Shown here: positions 50,462 through 64,000 of the stretch, piece after piece
Numbering within the stretch: the stretch's first letter is position 1
How the letters are laid out: each line of letters starts with the position of its first letter
DNA from: Escherichia coli
Lineage (GTDB): Bacteria > Pseudomonadota > Gammaproteobacteria > Enterobacterales > Enterobacteriaceae
DNA length: 64,000 bases
Assembly (NCBI RefSeq): GCF_003790525.1
Contig: NZ_CP033635.1
Reading direction: 5' to 3' (one strand)
Made by a program: the position numbers and the translations under genes
Notes under the pieces: generated by a model
Database searches by the model: none
What the model was told of the DNA's origin: nothing
Seen by the model: the letters and a program-made list of their open reading frames with translations, nothing else

Positions 50462-51634
50462 ATGTTCGATTTTTCAAAGGTCGTGGATCGTCATGGCACA
50501 TGGTGTACGCAGTGGGATTATGTCGCCGACCGTTTCGGCACTGCTGACCTGTTACCGTTCACGATTTCAGACATGGATTTTGCCACTGCCCCCTGCATTA
50601 TCGAGGCGCTGAATCAGCGTCTGATGCACGGCGTGTTTGGCTACAGCCGCTGGAAAAACGATGAGTTTCTCGCGGCTATTGCCCACTGGTTTTCCACCCA
50701 GCATTACACCGCCATCGATCCCCAGTCGGTGGTGTATGGCCCTTCTGTCATCTATATGGTTTCAGAACTGATTCGTCAGTGGTCTGAAACAGGTGAAGGC
50801 GTGGTGATCCACACACCCGCCTATGACGCATTTTACAAGGCCATTGAAGGTAACCAGCGCACAGTAATACCCGTTGCTTTAGAGAAGCAGGCTGACGGCT
50901 GGTTTTGCGATATGGGCAAGCTGGAAGCCGTGCTGGCGAAACCAGAATGTAAAATTATGCTCCTGTGTAGCCCACAGAATCCTACCGGGAAAGTGTGGAC
51001 GTGCGATGAGCTGGAGATCATGGCTGACCTGTGCGAGCGTCATGGTGTGCGGGTTATTTCCGATGAAATCCATATGGATATGGTTTGGGGCGAGCAGCCG
51101 CATATTCCATGGTGTAATGTGGCGCGCGGAGACTGGGCGTTGCTAACGTCGGGATCAAAAAGTTTCAATATTCCCGCCCTGACCGGTGCTTACGGGATTA
51201 TAGAAAATAGCAGTAGCCGCGATGCCTATTTATCGGCACTGAAAGGACGTGATGGGCTTTCTTCCCCTTCGGTACTGGCGTTAACTGCTCATATCGCCGC
51301 CTATCAGCAAGGCGCGCCGTGGCTGGATGCCTTACGCGTCTATCTGAAAGATAACCTGACGTATATCGCAGATAAAATGAACGCTGCGTTTCCTGAACTC
51401 AACTGGCAGATCCCGCAATCCACTTATCTGGCCTGGCTTGATCTACGTCCATTGAACATTGACGACAACGCGTTGCAAAAAGCGCTTATCGAGCAAGAAA
51501 AGGTCGCGATCATGCCGGGATATACCTACGGTGAAGAAGGTCGTGGTTTTGTCCGACTCAATGCCGGGTGCCCGCGTTCGAAACTGGAAAAAGGTGTTGC
51601 TGGATTAATTAACGCCATCCGCGCTGTTCGTTAA
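50462..51634 (+). CDS. malY: PLP-dependent cystathionine beta-lyase/maltose regulon modulator MalY
   Basis: 390 aa, aminotransferase class I/II fold. Confidence 0.9.
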   Translation: MFDFSKVVDRHGTWCTQWDYVADRFGTADLLPFTISDMDFATAPCIIEALNQRLMHGVFGYSRWKNDEFLAAIAHWFSTQHYTAIDPQSVVYGPSVIYMVSELIRQWSETGEGVVIHTPAYDAFYKAIEGNQRTVIPVALEKQADGWFCDMGKLEAVLAKPECKIMLLCSPQNPTGKVWTCDELEIMADLCERHGVRVISDEIHMDMVWGEQPHIPWCNVARGDWALLTSGSKSFNIPALTGAYGIIENSSSRDAYLSALKGRDGLSSPSVLALTAHIAAYQQGAPWLDALRVYLKDNLTYIADKMNAAFPELNWQIPQSTYLAWLDLRPLNIDDNALQKALIEQEKVAIMPGYTYGEEGRGFVRLNAGCPRSKLEKGVAGLINAIRAVR

Positions 51635-51737
51635 CCCCAATTGCGCAACGTAAAAAATCGTTGCGCAATCGTGGATTTTTACCCTGCTTTGTTTTTATAA
51701 TGGTGCGCACTTTTATATCCAGAAAAAGAGTGCGACC

Positions 51738-52739
51738 ATGATTGATACCACCCTGCCATTAACTGATATCCATCGCCACCTTGATGGCAACATTCGTCCC
51801 CAGACCATTCTTGAACTTGGCCGCCGGTATAATATCTCGCTTCCTGCACAATCCCTGGAAACACTGATTCCCCACGTTCAGGTCATTGCCAACGAACCCG
51901 ATCTTGTGAGCTTTCTGACCAAACTTGACTGGGGCGTTAAAGTTCTCGCCTCTCTTGATGCCTGTCGCCGCGTGGCATTTGAAAACATTGAAGATGCAGC
52001 CCGTAACGGCCTGCACTATGTCGAGCTGCGTTTTTCACCGGGCTACATGGCAATGGCACATCAGCTGCCTGTAGCGGGTGTTGTCGAAGCGGTGATCGAT
52101 GGCGTACGTGAAGGTTGCCGCACCTTTGGTGTGCAGGCGAAGCTTATCGGCATTATGAGCCGGACCTTCGGTGAAGCCGCCTGTCAGCAAGAGCTGGAGG
52201 CCTTTTTAGCCCACCGTGACCAGATTACCGCACTTGATTTAGCCGGTGATGAACTTGGTTTCCCGGGAAGTCTGTTCCTTTCTCACTTCAACCGCGCGCG
52301 TGATGCGGACTGGCATATTACCGTCCATGCAGGCGAAGCTGCCGGGCCGGAAAGCATCTGGCAGGCGATTCGTGAACTGGGGGCGGAACGTATTGGACAT
52401 GGCGTAAAAGCCATTGAAGATCGGGCGCTGATGGATTTTCTCGCCGAGCAGCAAATTGGTATTGAATCCTGTCTGACCTCCAATATTCAGACCAGCACCG
52501 TGGCAGAGCTGGCGGCACATCCGCTGAAAATGTTCCTTGAGCATGGCATTCGTGCCAGCATTAACACTGACGATCCCGGCGTACAGGGAGTGGATATCAT
52601 TCACGAATATACCGTTGCCGCGCCGGCTGCTGGGTTATCCCGCGAGCAAATCCGCCAGGCGCAGATTAATGGTCTGGAAATGGCTTTCCTCAGCGCAGAG
52701 GAAAAACGCGCACTGCGAGAAAAAGTCGCTGCGAAGTAA
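51738..52739 (+). CDS. add: adenosine deaminase
   Basis: 333 aa, begins ...[16 protein letters not shown] (metal-binding HxH). Confidence 0.92.
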   Translation: MIDTTLPLTDIHRHLDGNIRPQTILELGRRYNISLPAQSLETLIPHVQVIANEPDLVSFLTKLDWGVKVLASLDACRRVAFENIEDAARNGLHYVELRFSPGYMAMAHQLPVAGVVEAVIDGVREGCRTFGVQAKLIGIMSRTFGEAACQQELEAFLAHRDQITALDLAGDELGFPGSLFLSHFNRARDADWHITVHAGEAAGPESIWQAIRELGAERIGHGVKAIEDRALMDFLAEQQIGIESCLTSNIQTSTVAELAAHPLKMFLEHGIRASINTDDPGVQGVDIIHEYTVAAPAAGLSREQIRQAQINGLEMAFLSAEEKRALREKVAAK

Positions 52740-52774
52740 CAAAAATGGATGGTGCTAATTGCACCATCCTCTTT

Positions 52775-53815
52775 TCACGCAAGGCACAGCGTCGCGCGAT
52801 GTTTGGCGGATTCGATGCCCTGCTCAATCAACTCCATTACCTGGATTGCCTGACTTGCCGGAACCGGATTTTCACCATCGCCATTTAACGCATCACGAAT
52901 AGCCGCATAGTAAGCCGGATAATTCCCTGGTACTGTCAACAGCGTTTCTTCGACACGTTCCTCACCTTCCACGCGGGTAAGTACGCCATCACGCATATCG
53001 TAGCCCCAGTCTTCCTGCGGCAGACGCTCGCCATTTTTCAGACGTTCTTCCTGTGGATCGAGGCCATATTTCACATAACTGCCTCGGGATCCATGCACGA
53101 TATAACGTGCTGACTCAGCAGCTGCCAGCATGGTACCGTGTAAAATGACTCGCCGCTGCGGATAGGACAAGATGGCGTGGAAATAATCGGTCGACTGCGC
53201 TCCGGGCCGTAACTGTGCCAAATCAACCGTCATGCTGACCGGTAAACCAAATAGCGTAATGGCCTGATCAAGAAGATGCGGTGCTAAATCGTACCAGATA
53301 CCGCTGCCAGGACCGCCCTGTTCACGCCAACGATCGCGCACCTGCGGACGGAAGCGGTCAAAATGAGACTCAAAGTAAGCAACTTCACCCAGTACGCCTT
53401 CCACGAGCAAACCTTTTAGCGTCAGGAAATCGCTATCCCAGCGACGGTTATGGAATACAGACAGCACACGCCCCAGGCTTTTTGCCAGCGCTTCCAGCTC
53501 TCGCGCTTGTGACAGTGTCACGGTAAAGGGTTTATCAACGACCACATGTTTACCCGCCTCAAGCGCCGCTTTGGCTAACGGGAAATGGGTATCGTTGGGT
53601 GTAGGAATGACAATCAGGTCTATGTTGGGATCGTTAAACAGATGCTTCGGCTCAGAGACAACCGCAACCGTTGGCCAGTCGGCTTTTACTTTTGTTTCAT
53701 CGCTGCTGGAGATTACCGCCAGTTCCAGCCCGGGCGTGCCCGCAATCAGGGGCGCATGGAAGGTTTTGCTCGCATAACCATACCCAATCAACCCAACACG
53801 GATGTTGTCGCTCAT
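52775..53815 (-). CDS. ydgJ: Gfo/Idh/MocA-family oxidoreductase
   Basis: 346 aa from MSDNIRVGLIGYGYASKTFHAPLI (Rossmann). Confidence 0.85.
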   Translation of the reverse strand: MSDNIRVGLIGYGYASKTFHAPLIAGTPGLELAVISSSDETKVKADWPTVAVVSEPKHLFNDPNIDLIVIPTPNDTHFPLAKAALEAGKHVVVDKPFTVTLSQARELEALAKSLGRVLSVFHNRRWDSDFLTLKGLLVEGVLGEVAYFESHFDRFRPQVRDRWREQGGPGSGIWYDLAPHLLDQAITLFGLPVSMTVDLAQLRPGAQSTDYFHAILSYPQRRVILHGTMLAAAESARYIVHGSRGSYVKYGLDPQEERLKNGERLPQEDWGYDMRDGVLTRVEGEERVEETLLTVPGNYPAYYAAIRDALNGDGENPVPASQAIQVMELIEQGIESAKHRATLCLA

Positions 53816-54057
53816 GTCATTGCCTCTCATTGAAGTATGATGGCTATTTGACACTATCCTTTACCCTCGCTCAACAGTTTAATAACCTGCCAGCAATAAG
53901 GGATGTTGTTTAACTTAAGTCAAAAAAATAGCGAATTTTCCAACGACAAAAGCTAAATATCGCAAAAACCTCAGTAAAAATCTTGCTGGAGCTATTATTG
54001 CTAAGTAACATTTACCCCCTGAAGTTAATGGATCAATCAACAGAGATGTGGGCTGTA

Positions 54058-54183
54058 ATGAATCGTCTTATTGAATTAACAGGTTGGATCGTTCTTGTCG
54101 TTTCAGTCATTCTTCTTGGCGTGGCGAGTCACATTGACAACTATCAGCCACCTGAACAGAGTACTACGGTACAACACAAGTAA
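54058..54183 (+). CDS. blr: small membrane protein Blr (41 aa)
   Basis: MNRLIELTGWIVLVVSVILLGVASHIDNYQPPEQSTTVQHK; location between ydgJ and cnu. Confidence 0.7.
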   Translation: MNRLIELTGWIVLVVSVILLGVASHIDNYQPPEQSTTVQHK

Positions 54184-54455
54184 GCTCTGCGCTTGTAGAG
54201 CGACATGCTGCCCGTCCGGGTGCATGTTTTCACTTGTCGGATATTAAACCAGGAATTTATTATCTTGTTCGATGTTGTTGGTGATTGTCAGGGATAGTAA
54301 AGCGCGTTACTCTTTTCAGAGCAGTTTTTCATCTCTGAATATTTGCCATCAGCGCATTCTTATTATTGTAATAACACACGCGTTCACTTTTGGTGAAATT
54401 TTATCATCACTAATAATACCTACTCCTTTGGTATTAATTATTTTATGGACCTTTT

Positions 54456-54671
54456 ATGACTGTTCAGGACTACTTATTAAAATTTCGCAAAATCAGTTCA
54501 CTCGAAAGTCTGGAAAAACTCTACGACCATCTTAATTACACTCTGACGGATGATCAGGAACTGATCAATATGTATCGTGCTGCCGATCACCGCCGCGCAG
54601 AGCTGGTTTCTGGCGGGCGTTTGTTTGACCTCGGCCAGGTACCGAAGTCCGTCTGGCACTATGTCCAGTAA
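54456..54671 (+). CDS. cnu: Hha/YmoA-family nucleoid-associated regulator Cnu (YdgT)
   Basis: 71 aa, [50 protein letters not shown]... Confidence 0.9.
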
Positions 54672-54756
54672 AGAAAGTAGCGATCGGTTATAAAAGCCTT
54701 ATAATAACGCCCCTAAAATTAGATTTGCCTGTTTGCGTCGCTATTCTGGAGAACCT

Positions 54757-55197
54757 ATGACCACCACAACGCCACAACGTATTGGAGGCTGGTTGCTTGG
54801 CCCATTGGCCTGGCTTTTAGTCGCTCTGTTAAGTACGACGCTGGCGTTGTTGCTGTATACCGCTGCGTTATCTTCTCCGCAAACATTTCAAACGCTCGGC
54901 GGACAAGCACTGACGACACAAATCTTATGGGGCGTTTCTTTTATTACCGCTATCGCCATGTGGTATTACACACTGTGGTTGACCATCGCTTTCTTTAAAC
55001 GTCGGCGTTGTGTTCCTAAACACTATATTATCTGGCTGCTTATTTCCGTATTGCTGGCAGTAAAAGCGTTCGCTTTTTCACCCGTAGAAGATGGCATAGC
55101 CGTTCGCCAGTTGCTGTTTACTTTGTTGGCAACCGCATTGATCGTCCCCTATTTCAAACGCTCGTCGCGGGTGAAAGCGACGTTTGTGAATCCGTAA
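54757..55197 (+). CDS. ydgK: inner membrane protein (DUF2569)
   Basis: 146 aa, 4 TM segments; immediately upstream of rsxA. Confidence 0.8.
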   Translation: MTTTTPQRIGGWLLGPLAWLLVALLSTTLALLLYTAALSSPQTFQTLGGQALTTQILWGVSFITAIAMWYYTLWLTIAFFKRRRCVPKHYIIWLLISVLLAVKAFAFSPVEDGIAVRQLLFTLLATALIVPYFKRSSRVKATFVNP

Positions 55198-55273
55198 TAA
55201 CCTTACAGTTAACCTGTTGTCGCCTGCTCTGGATTAACGGATAATAGGCGGCTTTTTTATTTCAGGCCGAAAA

Positions 55274-55854
55274 ATGACTGACTACCTGTTACTGTTTGTC
55301 GGAACTGTACTGGTCAATAACTTTGTACTGGTCAAGTTTCTCGGTCTCTGTCCGTTTATGGGGGTTTCCAAAAAGCTGGAAACCGCGATGGGCATGGGGC
55401 TGGCAACAACGTTTGTAATGACGCTGGCGTCTATTTGCGCCTGGCTTATCGATACGTGGATTTTGATCCCGCTTAATCTGATTTACCTGCGCACCCTGGC
55501 GTTTATTCTGGTGATTGCTGTGGTTGTGCAGTTCACCGAGATGGTGGTGCGCAAAACCAGCCCGGTGCTTTACCGTCTGCTGGGGATTTTTTTGCCGCTT
55601 ATCACCACCAATTGTGCAGTGCTCGGCGTGGCGTTGCTGAATATCAATCTCGGGCACAATTTCTTGCAGTCGGCGCTGTACGGTTTTTCCGCCGCTGTCG
55701 GTTTCTCGCTGGTGATGGTGCTCTTCGCCGCCATCCGCGAACGCCTCGCTGTGGCTGATGTCCCGGCACCTTTTCGCGGTAATGCCATTGCGTTAATTAC
55801 CGCAGGTCTTATGTCTCTGGCCTTTATGGGCTTTAGTGGTTTGGTGAAGTTGTA

Positions 55855-55855
<1 letters not shown>
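55274..55855 (+). CDS. rsxA: Rsx/Rnf electron transport complex subunit A
   Basis: 193 aa membrane protein; first gene of rsxABCDGE. Confidence 0.9.
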
Positions 55856-58552
<2,697 letters not shown>

Positions 58553-59611
58553 ATGGTATTCAGAATAGCTAGCTCCCCTTATACCCATAACCAGCGCCAG
58601 ACATCGCGCATTATGCTGTTGGTGTTGCTCGCAGCCGTGCCAGGAATCGCAGCGCAACTGTGGTTTTTTGGTTGGGGTACTCTCGTTCAGATCCTGTTGG
58701 CGTCGGTCAGTGCTCTGTTAGCCGAAGCTCTCGTACTCAAACTACGCAAGCAGTCGGTAGCCGCAACGTTGAAAGATAACTCAGCATTGCTGACAGGCTT
58801 ATTGCTGGCGGTAAGTATTCCCCCCCTCGCGCCATGGTGGATGGTCGTGCTGGGTACGGTGTTTGCGGTGATCATCGCTAAACAATTGTATGGCGGTCTG
58901 GGGCAAAACCCGTTTAATCCGGCAATGATTGGTTATGTGGTCTTACTGATCTCCTTCCCGGTGCAGATGACCAGCTGGTTACCGCCACATGAAATTGCGG
59001 TCAACATCCCTGGTTTTATCGACGCCATACAGGTTATTTTCAGCGGACATATCACCAGTGGTGGTGATATGAACACGCTACGCTTAGGTATTGATGGCAT
59101 TAGTCAGGCGACACCGCTGGATACATTTAAAACCTCTGTCCGTGCCGGTCATTCGGTTGAACAGATTATGCAATATCCGATCTACAGCGGTATGCTGGCG
59201 GGCGTTGGTTGGCAATGGGTAAATCTCGCCTGGCTGGCTGGCGGCGTATGGTTGCTGTGGCAGAAAGCGATTCGCTGGCATATTCCCCTCAGCTTCTTAG
59301 TAACGCTGGCGTTATGCGCAACGTTGGGCTGGTTGTTCTCACCAGAAACACTGGCAGCACCGCAAATTCATCTGCTGTCTGGAGCGACCATGCTCGGCGC
59401 ATTCTTTATTTTGACTGACCCGGTTACCGCTTCTACGACCAATCGTGGTCGTCTTATTTTCGGCGCGCTGGCGGGCTTATTAGTCTGGTTGATCCGCAGT
59501 TTCGGCGGCTATCCTGACGGCGTGGCTTTTGCCGTCCTGCTGGCGAACATCACGGTTCCTCTGATCGATTACTACACGCGTCCGCGCGTCTACGGCCATC
59601 GCAAAGGGTAA
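58553..59611 (+). CDS. rsxD: Rsx/Rnf complex subunit D
   Basis: 352 aa polytopic membrane protein. Confidence 0.9.
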   Translation: MVFRIASSPYTHNQRQTSRIMLLVLLAAVPGIAAQLWFFGWGTLVQILLASVSALLAEALVLKLRKQSVAATLKDNSALLTGLLLAVSIPPLAPWWMVVLGTVFAVIIAKQLYGGLGQNPFNPAMIGYVVLLISFPVQMTSWLPPHEIAVNIPGFIDAIQVIFSGHITSGGDMNTLRLGIDGISQATPLDTFKTSVRAGHSVEQIMQYPIYSGMLAGVGWQWVNLAWLAGGVWLLWQKAIRWHIPLSFLVTLALCATLGWLFSPETLAAPQIHLLSGATMLGAFFILTDPVTASTTNRGRLIFGALAGLLVWLIRSFGGYPDGVAFAVLLANITVPLIDYYTRPRVYGHRKG

Positions 59612-59614
59612 ACC

Positions 59615-60235
59615 ATGCTGAAAACTATCCGAAAACACGGCATTACACTGGCACTATTTGCAGCGGGTTCAACAGGGTTAACTGCGGCCATCAACCAGAT
59701 GACCAAAACGACGATTGCTGAACAGGCCAGTCTGCAACAAAAGGCGTTATTTGATCAGGTGCTGCCAGCCGAACGCTATAACAATGCGCTGGCACAGAGT
59801 TGCTATCTGGTCACTGCGCCAGAGTTAGGTAAAGGTGAGCATCGGGTTTACATCGCCAAACAGGATGACAAACCGGTAGCCGCCGTTCTGGAAACAACCG
59901 CGCCAGATGGCTATTCCGGTGCGATTCAGCTGCTGGTGGGAGCCGATTTTAACGGCACGGTACTTGGCACGCGCGTGACAGAGCACCACGAAACGCCAGG
60001 GCTTGGCGATAAAATCGAACTGCGCCTTTCTGACTGGATCACCCATTTTGCGGGTAAAAAAATCAGTGGTGCGGATGATGCGCACTGGGCGGTGAAGAAA
60101 GATGGTGGTGATTTCGACCAGTTCACCGGCGCGACGATTACTCCCCGCGCGGTGGTTAATGCGGTAAAACGCGCCGGATTGTACGCTCAGACGTTACCGT
60201 CACAACTTTCTCAACTTCCTGCCTGTGGAGAATAA
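59615..60235 (+). CDS. rsxG: Rsx/Rnf complex subunit G
   Basis: 206 aa, FMN-binding-type subunit. Confidence 0.9.
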   Translation: MLKTIRKHGITLALFAAGSTGLTAAINQMTKTTIAEQASLQQKALFDQVLPAERYNNALAQSCYLVTAPELGKGEHRVYIAKQDDKPVAAVLETTAPDGYSGAIQLLVGADFNGTVLGTRVTEHHETPGLGDKIELRLSDWITHFAGKKISGADDAHWAVKKDGGDFDQFTGATITPRAVVNAVKRAGLYAQTLPSQLSQLPACGE

Positions 60236-60238
60236 AGC

Positions 60239-60934
60239 GTGAGCGAAATTAAAGACGTTATTGTTCAGGGGTTGTGGAAAAACAACTCTGCGCTGGTCCA
60301 GCTGCTCGGCCTCTGTCCGCTATTGGCGGTCACGTCCACTGCCACTAACGCTCTGGGTTTAGGACTTGCGACTACGCTGGTACTGACGCTGACCAACTTG
60401 ACCATTTCGACGCTGCGTCACTGGACGCCAGCCGAGATCCGCATTCCCATTTACGTGATGATCATCGCCTCGGTGGTCAGCGCTGTACAGATGCTGATCA
60501 ACGCCTACGCCTTTGGCCTGTATCAATCATTAGGGATTTTTATTCCGCTGATTGTCACTAACTGTATCGTTGTGGGCCGCGCTGAAGCCTTCGCCGCCAA
60601 AAAAGGTCCGGCGCTTTCGGCACTGGACGGCTTTTCAATTGGTATGGGCGCAACCTGCGCCATGTGCGTGCTGGGTTCACTACGCGAAATTATCGGCAAT
60701 GGCACGTTGTTTGACGGTGCAGATGCGCTGTTAGGTAGCTGGGCAAAAGTATTACGCGTGGAAATTTTCCACACCGACTCCCCTTTCCTGCTGGCGATGC
60801 TGCCACCAGGTGCATTTATTGGCCTGGGACTGATGCTGGCAGGGAAATACCTGATTGATGAAAGAATGAAAAAGCGCCGTACTGAAGCAGCTGCCGAACG
60901 TGCATTGCCAAACGGTGAAACAGGGAATGTCTGA
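60239..60934 (+). CDS. rsxE: Rsx/Rnf complex subunit E
   Basis: 231 aa membrane protein, GTG start. Confidence 0.88.
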   Translation: MSEIKDVIVQGLWKNNSALVQLLGLCPLLAVTSTATNALGLGLATTLVLTLTNLTISTLRHWTPAEIRIPIYVMIIASVVSAVQMLINAYAFGLYQSLGIFIPLIVTNCIVVGRAEAFAAKKGPALSALDGFSIGMGATCAMCVLGSLREIIGNGTLFDGADALLGSWAKVLRVEIFHTDSPFLLAMLPPGAFIGLGLMLAGKYLIDERMKKRRTEAAAERALPNGETGNV

Positions 60935-61569
60935 TGAACAAAGCAAAACGCCTGGAGATCCTCACTCGCCTGCGTGAGAACAATCCTCATCCCACCACCG
61001 AGCTTAATTTCAGTTCGCCTTTTGAATTGCTGATTGCCGTACTGCTTTCCGCTCAGGCGACCGATGTCAGTGTTAATAAGGCGACGGCGAAACTCTACCC
61101 GGTGGCTAATACACCTGCAGCGATGCTTGAACTGGGCGTCGAAGGGGTGAAAACCTATATCAAAACCATTGGGCTTTATAACAGCAAAGCAGAAAATATC
61201 ATCAAAACCTGCCGTATCTTACTGGAACAGCATAATGGCGAGGTTCCGGAAGATCGTGCTGCGCTTGAAGCCCTGCCTGGTGTAGGTCGTAAAACAGCCA
61301 ACGTCGTATTAAACACTGCATTCGGCTGGCCGACTATTGCTGTCGACACGCACATTTTCCGCGTTTGTAATCGTACTCAATTTGCGCCGGGGAAAAACGT
61401 CGAACAGGTAGAAGAAAAGCTACTGAAAGTGGTTCCGGCAGAGTTTAAAGTCGACTGCCACCATTGGTTGATCCTCCACGGGCGATATACCTGCATTGCC
61501 CGCAAGCCCCGCTGTGGCTCTTGTATTATTGAAGATCTTTGTGAATACAAAGAGAAAGTTGACATCTGA
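60934..61569 (+). CDS. nth: endonuclease III (DNA glycosylase/AP lyase)
   Basis: 211 aa, HhH-GPD domain and C-terminal 4Fe-4S cluster (CIARKPRCGSCIIEDLC). Confidence 0.92.
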   Translation: MNKAKRLEILTRLRENNPHPTTELNFSSPFELLIAVLLSAQATDVSVNKATAKLYPVANTPAAMLELGVEGVKTYIKTIGLYNSKAENIIKTCRILLEQHNGEVPEDRAALEALPGVGRKTANVVLNTAFGWPTIAVDTHIFRVCNRTQFAPGKNVEQVEEKLLKVVPAEFKVDCHHWLILHGRYTCIARKPRCGSCIIEDLCEYKEKVDI

Positions 61570-62178
61570 AGAAAAGGGGTAACACCGATTACCCCATTCA
61601 TAACCTTTCTTTATCCTCTTTTAAAACATCTTTTTAACGTCAATGATGCCATTGCTTAGCGTTATCATCAGGTAATCCGTTTGTGGATAACCAAAAATGC
61701 AGGTTAATTGTTTTTTTAATAGCGAAATTTTCTATTCATTCGTGATCAAGATCACGATGCTGTGGCAATGTAAAAACATTGCAAGAACTAGGTTAAAATC
61801 ATTTAAATTTACACACGCAACAAATATTGACCTACAAAACATTACACTGGCTATTTTTCAGAAACTGGACTATCTCACTAGGAAAAACGCTAAATAGCAG
61901 AACATATCGCCGTTAAGCCATCATCCCCCTCTCAGGGTAGTGAAAAAATCTGCCGTTACGTTTTTTGAAAAATTTAACGCTGGATAACATTTCCCGGAAT
62001 GGTTGAATTCCCCGCCTCAGTTATATGTAACAGATTATTACAAAGGACTTGTCTGAAAGTGCAAGATAGTGAACATTACCTGCCGTTTCCCCTCCCACTA
62101 TAACAATTGCGCGTATGTTTTTAGGCATAACGCGAGAAAGCACCCCCGTTAATATGGGATGTAAAAAAAGAGGTAAAA

Positions 62179-63681
62179 GTGTCCACTGCAAACCAAAAAC
62201 CAACTGAAAGCGTCAGTTTGAACGCTTTCAAACAACCGAAGGCGTTCTATCTCATCTTCTCGATTGAGTTATGGGAACGTTTTGGTTATTACGGCCTACA
62301 AGGAATTATGGCTGTTTACCTGGTTAAACAACTGGGTATGTCTGAAGCGGATTCAATCACCCTTTTCTCTTCCTTTAGTGCCCTGGTTTATGGTCTGGTC
62401 GCTATCGGCGGCTGGTTAGGTGACAAGGTACTGGGTACTAAACGCGTAATTATGCTTGGCGCTATTGTGCTGGCGATTGGTTATGCTCTGGTTGCCTGGT
62501 CTGGTCACGACGCCGGTATCGTTTATATGGGTATGGCGGCTATTGCGGTCGGTAACGGCCTGTTTAAAGCTAACCCGTCTTCTCTGCTTTCTACATGCTA
62601 TGAGAAAAACGACCCGCGTCTGGACGGTGCATTCACCATGTACTACATGTCCGTCAACATCGGCTCTTTCTTCTCTATGATCGCCACCCCGTGGCTGGCC
62701 GCGAAATACGGCTGGAGTGTTGCGTTTGCGTTGAGCGTTGTAGGCCTGCTGATCACTATCGTTAACTTCGCCTTCTGCCAACGCTGGGTTAAACAGTACG
62801 GTTCAAAACCAGACTTCGAGCCTATCAACTACCGTAACCTGCTGCTGACCATTATTGGTGTTGTGGCACTGATCGCTATCGCCACCTGGCTGCTGCACAA
62901 TCAGGAAGTTGCGCGTATGGCGCTGGGCGTTGTTGCCTTCGGTATTGTGGTTATCTTCGGTAAAGAAGCCTTCGCGATGAAAGGTGCTGCGCGTCGTAAA
63001 ATGATCGTTGCCTTCATCCTGATGCTCGAAGCCATTATCTTCTTCGTGCTGTACAGCCAGATGCCAACGTCACTGAACTTCTTTGCGATTCGTAACGTTG
63101 AGCACTCCATTCTGGGTCTGGCCGTAGAACCTGAGCAGTATCAGGCACTGAACCCGTTCTGGATCATCATCGGTAGTCCGATTCTGGCCGCTATCTATAA
63201 CAAGATGGGCGATACCCTGCCGATGCCAACCAAGTTTGCAATCGGCATGGTGATGTGTTCTGGTGCGTTCCTGATTCTGCCGCTGGGTGCGAAATTCGCG
63301 TCTGACGCTGGTATCGTGTCTGTAAGCTGGCTGGTCGCGAGCTATGGCCTGCAGAGTATCGGGGAACTGATGATCTCTGGTCTGGGTCTGGCAATGGTCG
63401 CACAACTCGTTCCGCAGCGTCTGATGGGCTTCATTATGGGTAGCTGGTTCCTGACCACTGCCGGTGCAAACCTGATTGGTGGTTATGTTGCGGGTATGAT
63501 GGCTGTGCCGGATAACGTTACCGATCCGCTGATGTCACTGGAAGTCTATGGTCGCGTATTCTTGCAGATTGGTGTCGCTACTGCCGTTATTGCAGTACTG
63601 ATGCTGCTGACCGCGCCGAAACTGCACCGCATGACGCAGGATGACGCTGCAGACAAAGCGGCGAAAGCTGCTGTAGCGTAA
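62179..63681 (+). CDS. dtpA: proton-dependent di/tripeptide transporter (POT family)
   Basis: 500 aa, GTG start, [39 protein letters not shown] (POT signature). Confidence 0.92.
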   Translation: MSTANQKPTESVSLNAFKQPKAFYLIFSIELWERFGYYGLQGIMAVYLVKQLGMSEADSITLFSSFSALVYGLVAIGGWLGDKVLGTKRVIMLGAIVLAIGYALVAWSGHDAGIVYMGMAAIAVGNGLFKANPSSLLSTCYEKNDPRLDGAFTMYYMSVNIGSFFSMIATPWLAAKYGWSVAFALSVVGLLITIVNFAFCQRWVKQYGSKPDFEPINYRNLLLTIIGVVALIAIATWLLHNQEVARMALGVVAFGIVVIFGKEAFAMKGAARRKMIVAFILMLEAIIFFVLYSQMPTSLNFFAIRNVEHSILGLAVEPEQYQALNPFWIIIGSPILAAIYNKMGDTLPMPTKFAIGMVMCSGAFLILPLGAKFASDAGIVSVSWLVASYGLQSIGELMISGLGLAMVAQLVPQRLMGFIMGSWFLTTAGANLIGGYVAGMMAVPDNVTDPLMSLEVYGRVFLQIGVATAVIAVLMLLTAPKLHRMTQDDAADKAAKAAVA

Positions 63682-63703
63682 AATTCAGGGAAACTCTTTT
63701 ACA

Positions 63704-63738
63704 AGCCGCTAACTTTTCGTTAGCGGCTTTTTTTTGTT
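63704..63738 (+). terminator. rho-independent terminator after dtpA
   Basis: agccgctaa-cttttc-gttagcggct followed by ttttttttg. Confidence 0.65.
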
Positions 63739-63785
63739 CAGCAACGCACTACCATACTTTAAACCACAGACAAAAGGAGTTACCG

Positions 63786-64000
63786 ATGAAATTGTTCTAC
63801 AAACCGGGTGCCTGCTCTCTCGCTTCCCATATCACCCTGCGTGAGAGCGGAAAGGATTTTACGCTCGTCAGTGTGGATTTAATGAAAAAACGTCTCGAAA
63901 ACGGTGACGATTACTTTGCCGTTAACCCTAAGGGACAGGTGCCTGCATTGCAGCTGGACAATGGTACTTTGCTGACGGAAGGCGTAGCAATTATGCAGTA
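63786..64000 (+). CDS. gstA: glutathione S-transferase, 5' portion (continues beyond window)
   Basis: [55 protein letters not shown]...; no stop before the window end. Confidence 0.88.
   Translation, partial: MKLFYKPGACSLASHITLRESGKDFTLVSVDLMKKRLENGDDYFAVNPKGQVPALQLDNGTLLTEGVAIMQ

Overview
This window is an Escherichia coli K-12-like chromosomal segment from the replication-terminus region, running ynfF-ynfGH-dmsD-clcB-ynfK-mlc-ynfLM-asr-ydgU-ydgD-mdtIJ, then tqsA, then pntBA-ydgHI-folM-ydgC-rstAB-tus-fumCA-manA-ydgA-uidCBA-uidR-hdhA-malI-malXY-add-ydgJ-blr-cnu-ydgK-rsxABCDGE-nth-dtpA-gstA. Gene names are assigned from my recollection of K-12 gene order and protein sequences; no database was searched. 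The main finding is an ~11.4-kb integrated element (about 12286-23728) that splits tqsA between codons 46 and 47. It has the hallmarks of a phage satellite (PICI-like) rather than a prophage: a tyrosine integrase, AlpA, a P-loop replication ATPase followed by an iteron-rich origin, an SSB, two paralogous PerC-like regulators, lambda E-like and D-like head proteins, and a Nu1-like small terminase. It has no portal, large terminase, protease or tail genes. The most striking sequence-level feature is a near-copy of the phage lambda cos region (cosN and flanks) present twice in inverted orientation on either side of the Nu1-like gene; one copy is followed by three element-specific 'ccggacat' repeats that look like a private cosB. 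Whether this element or its gene content is already described cannot be decided without a database search. Elsewhere the window looks like ordinary core genome, with a TerB-like site before tus, MalI operators, and a 96-bp tandem-repeat array inside rsxC.
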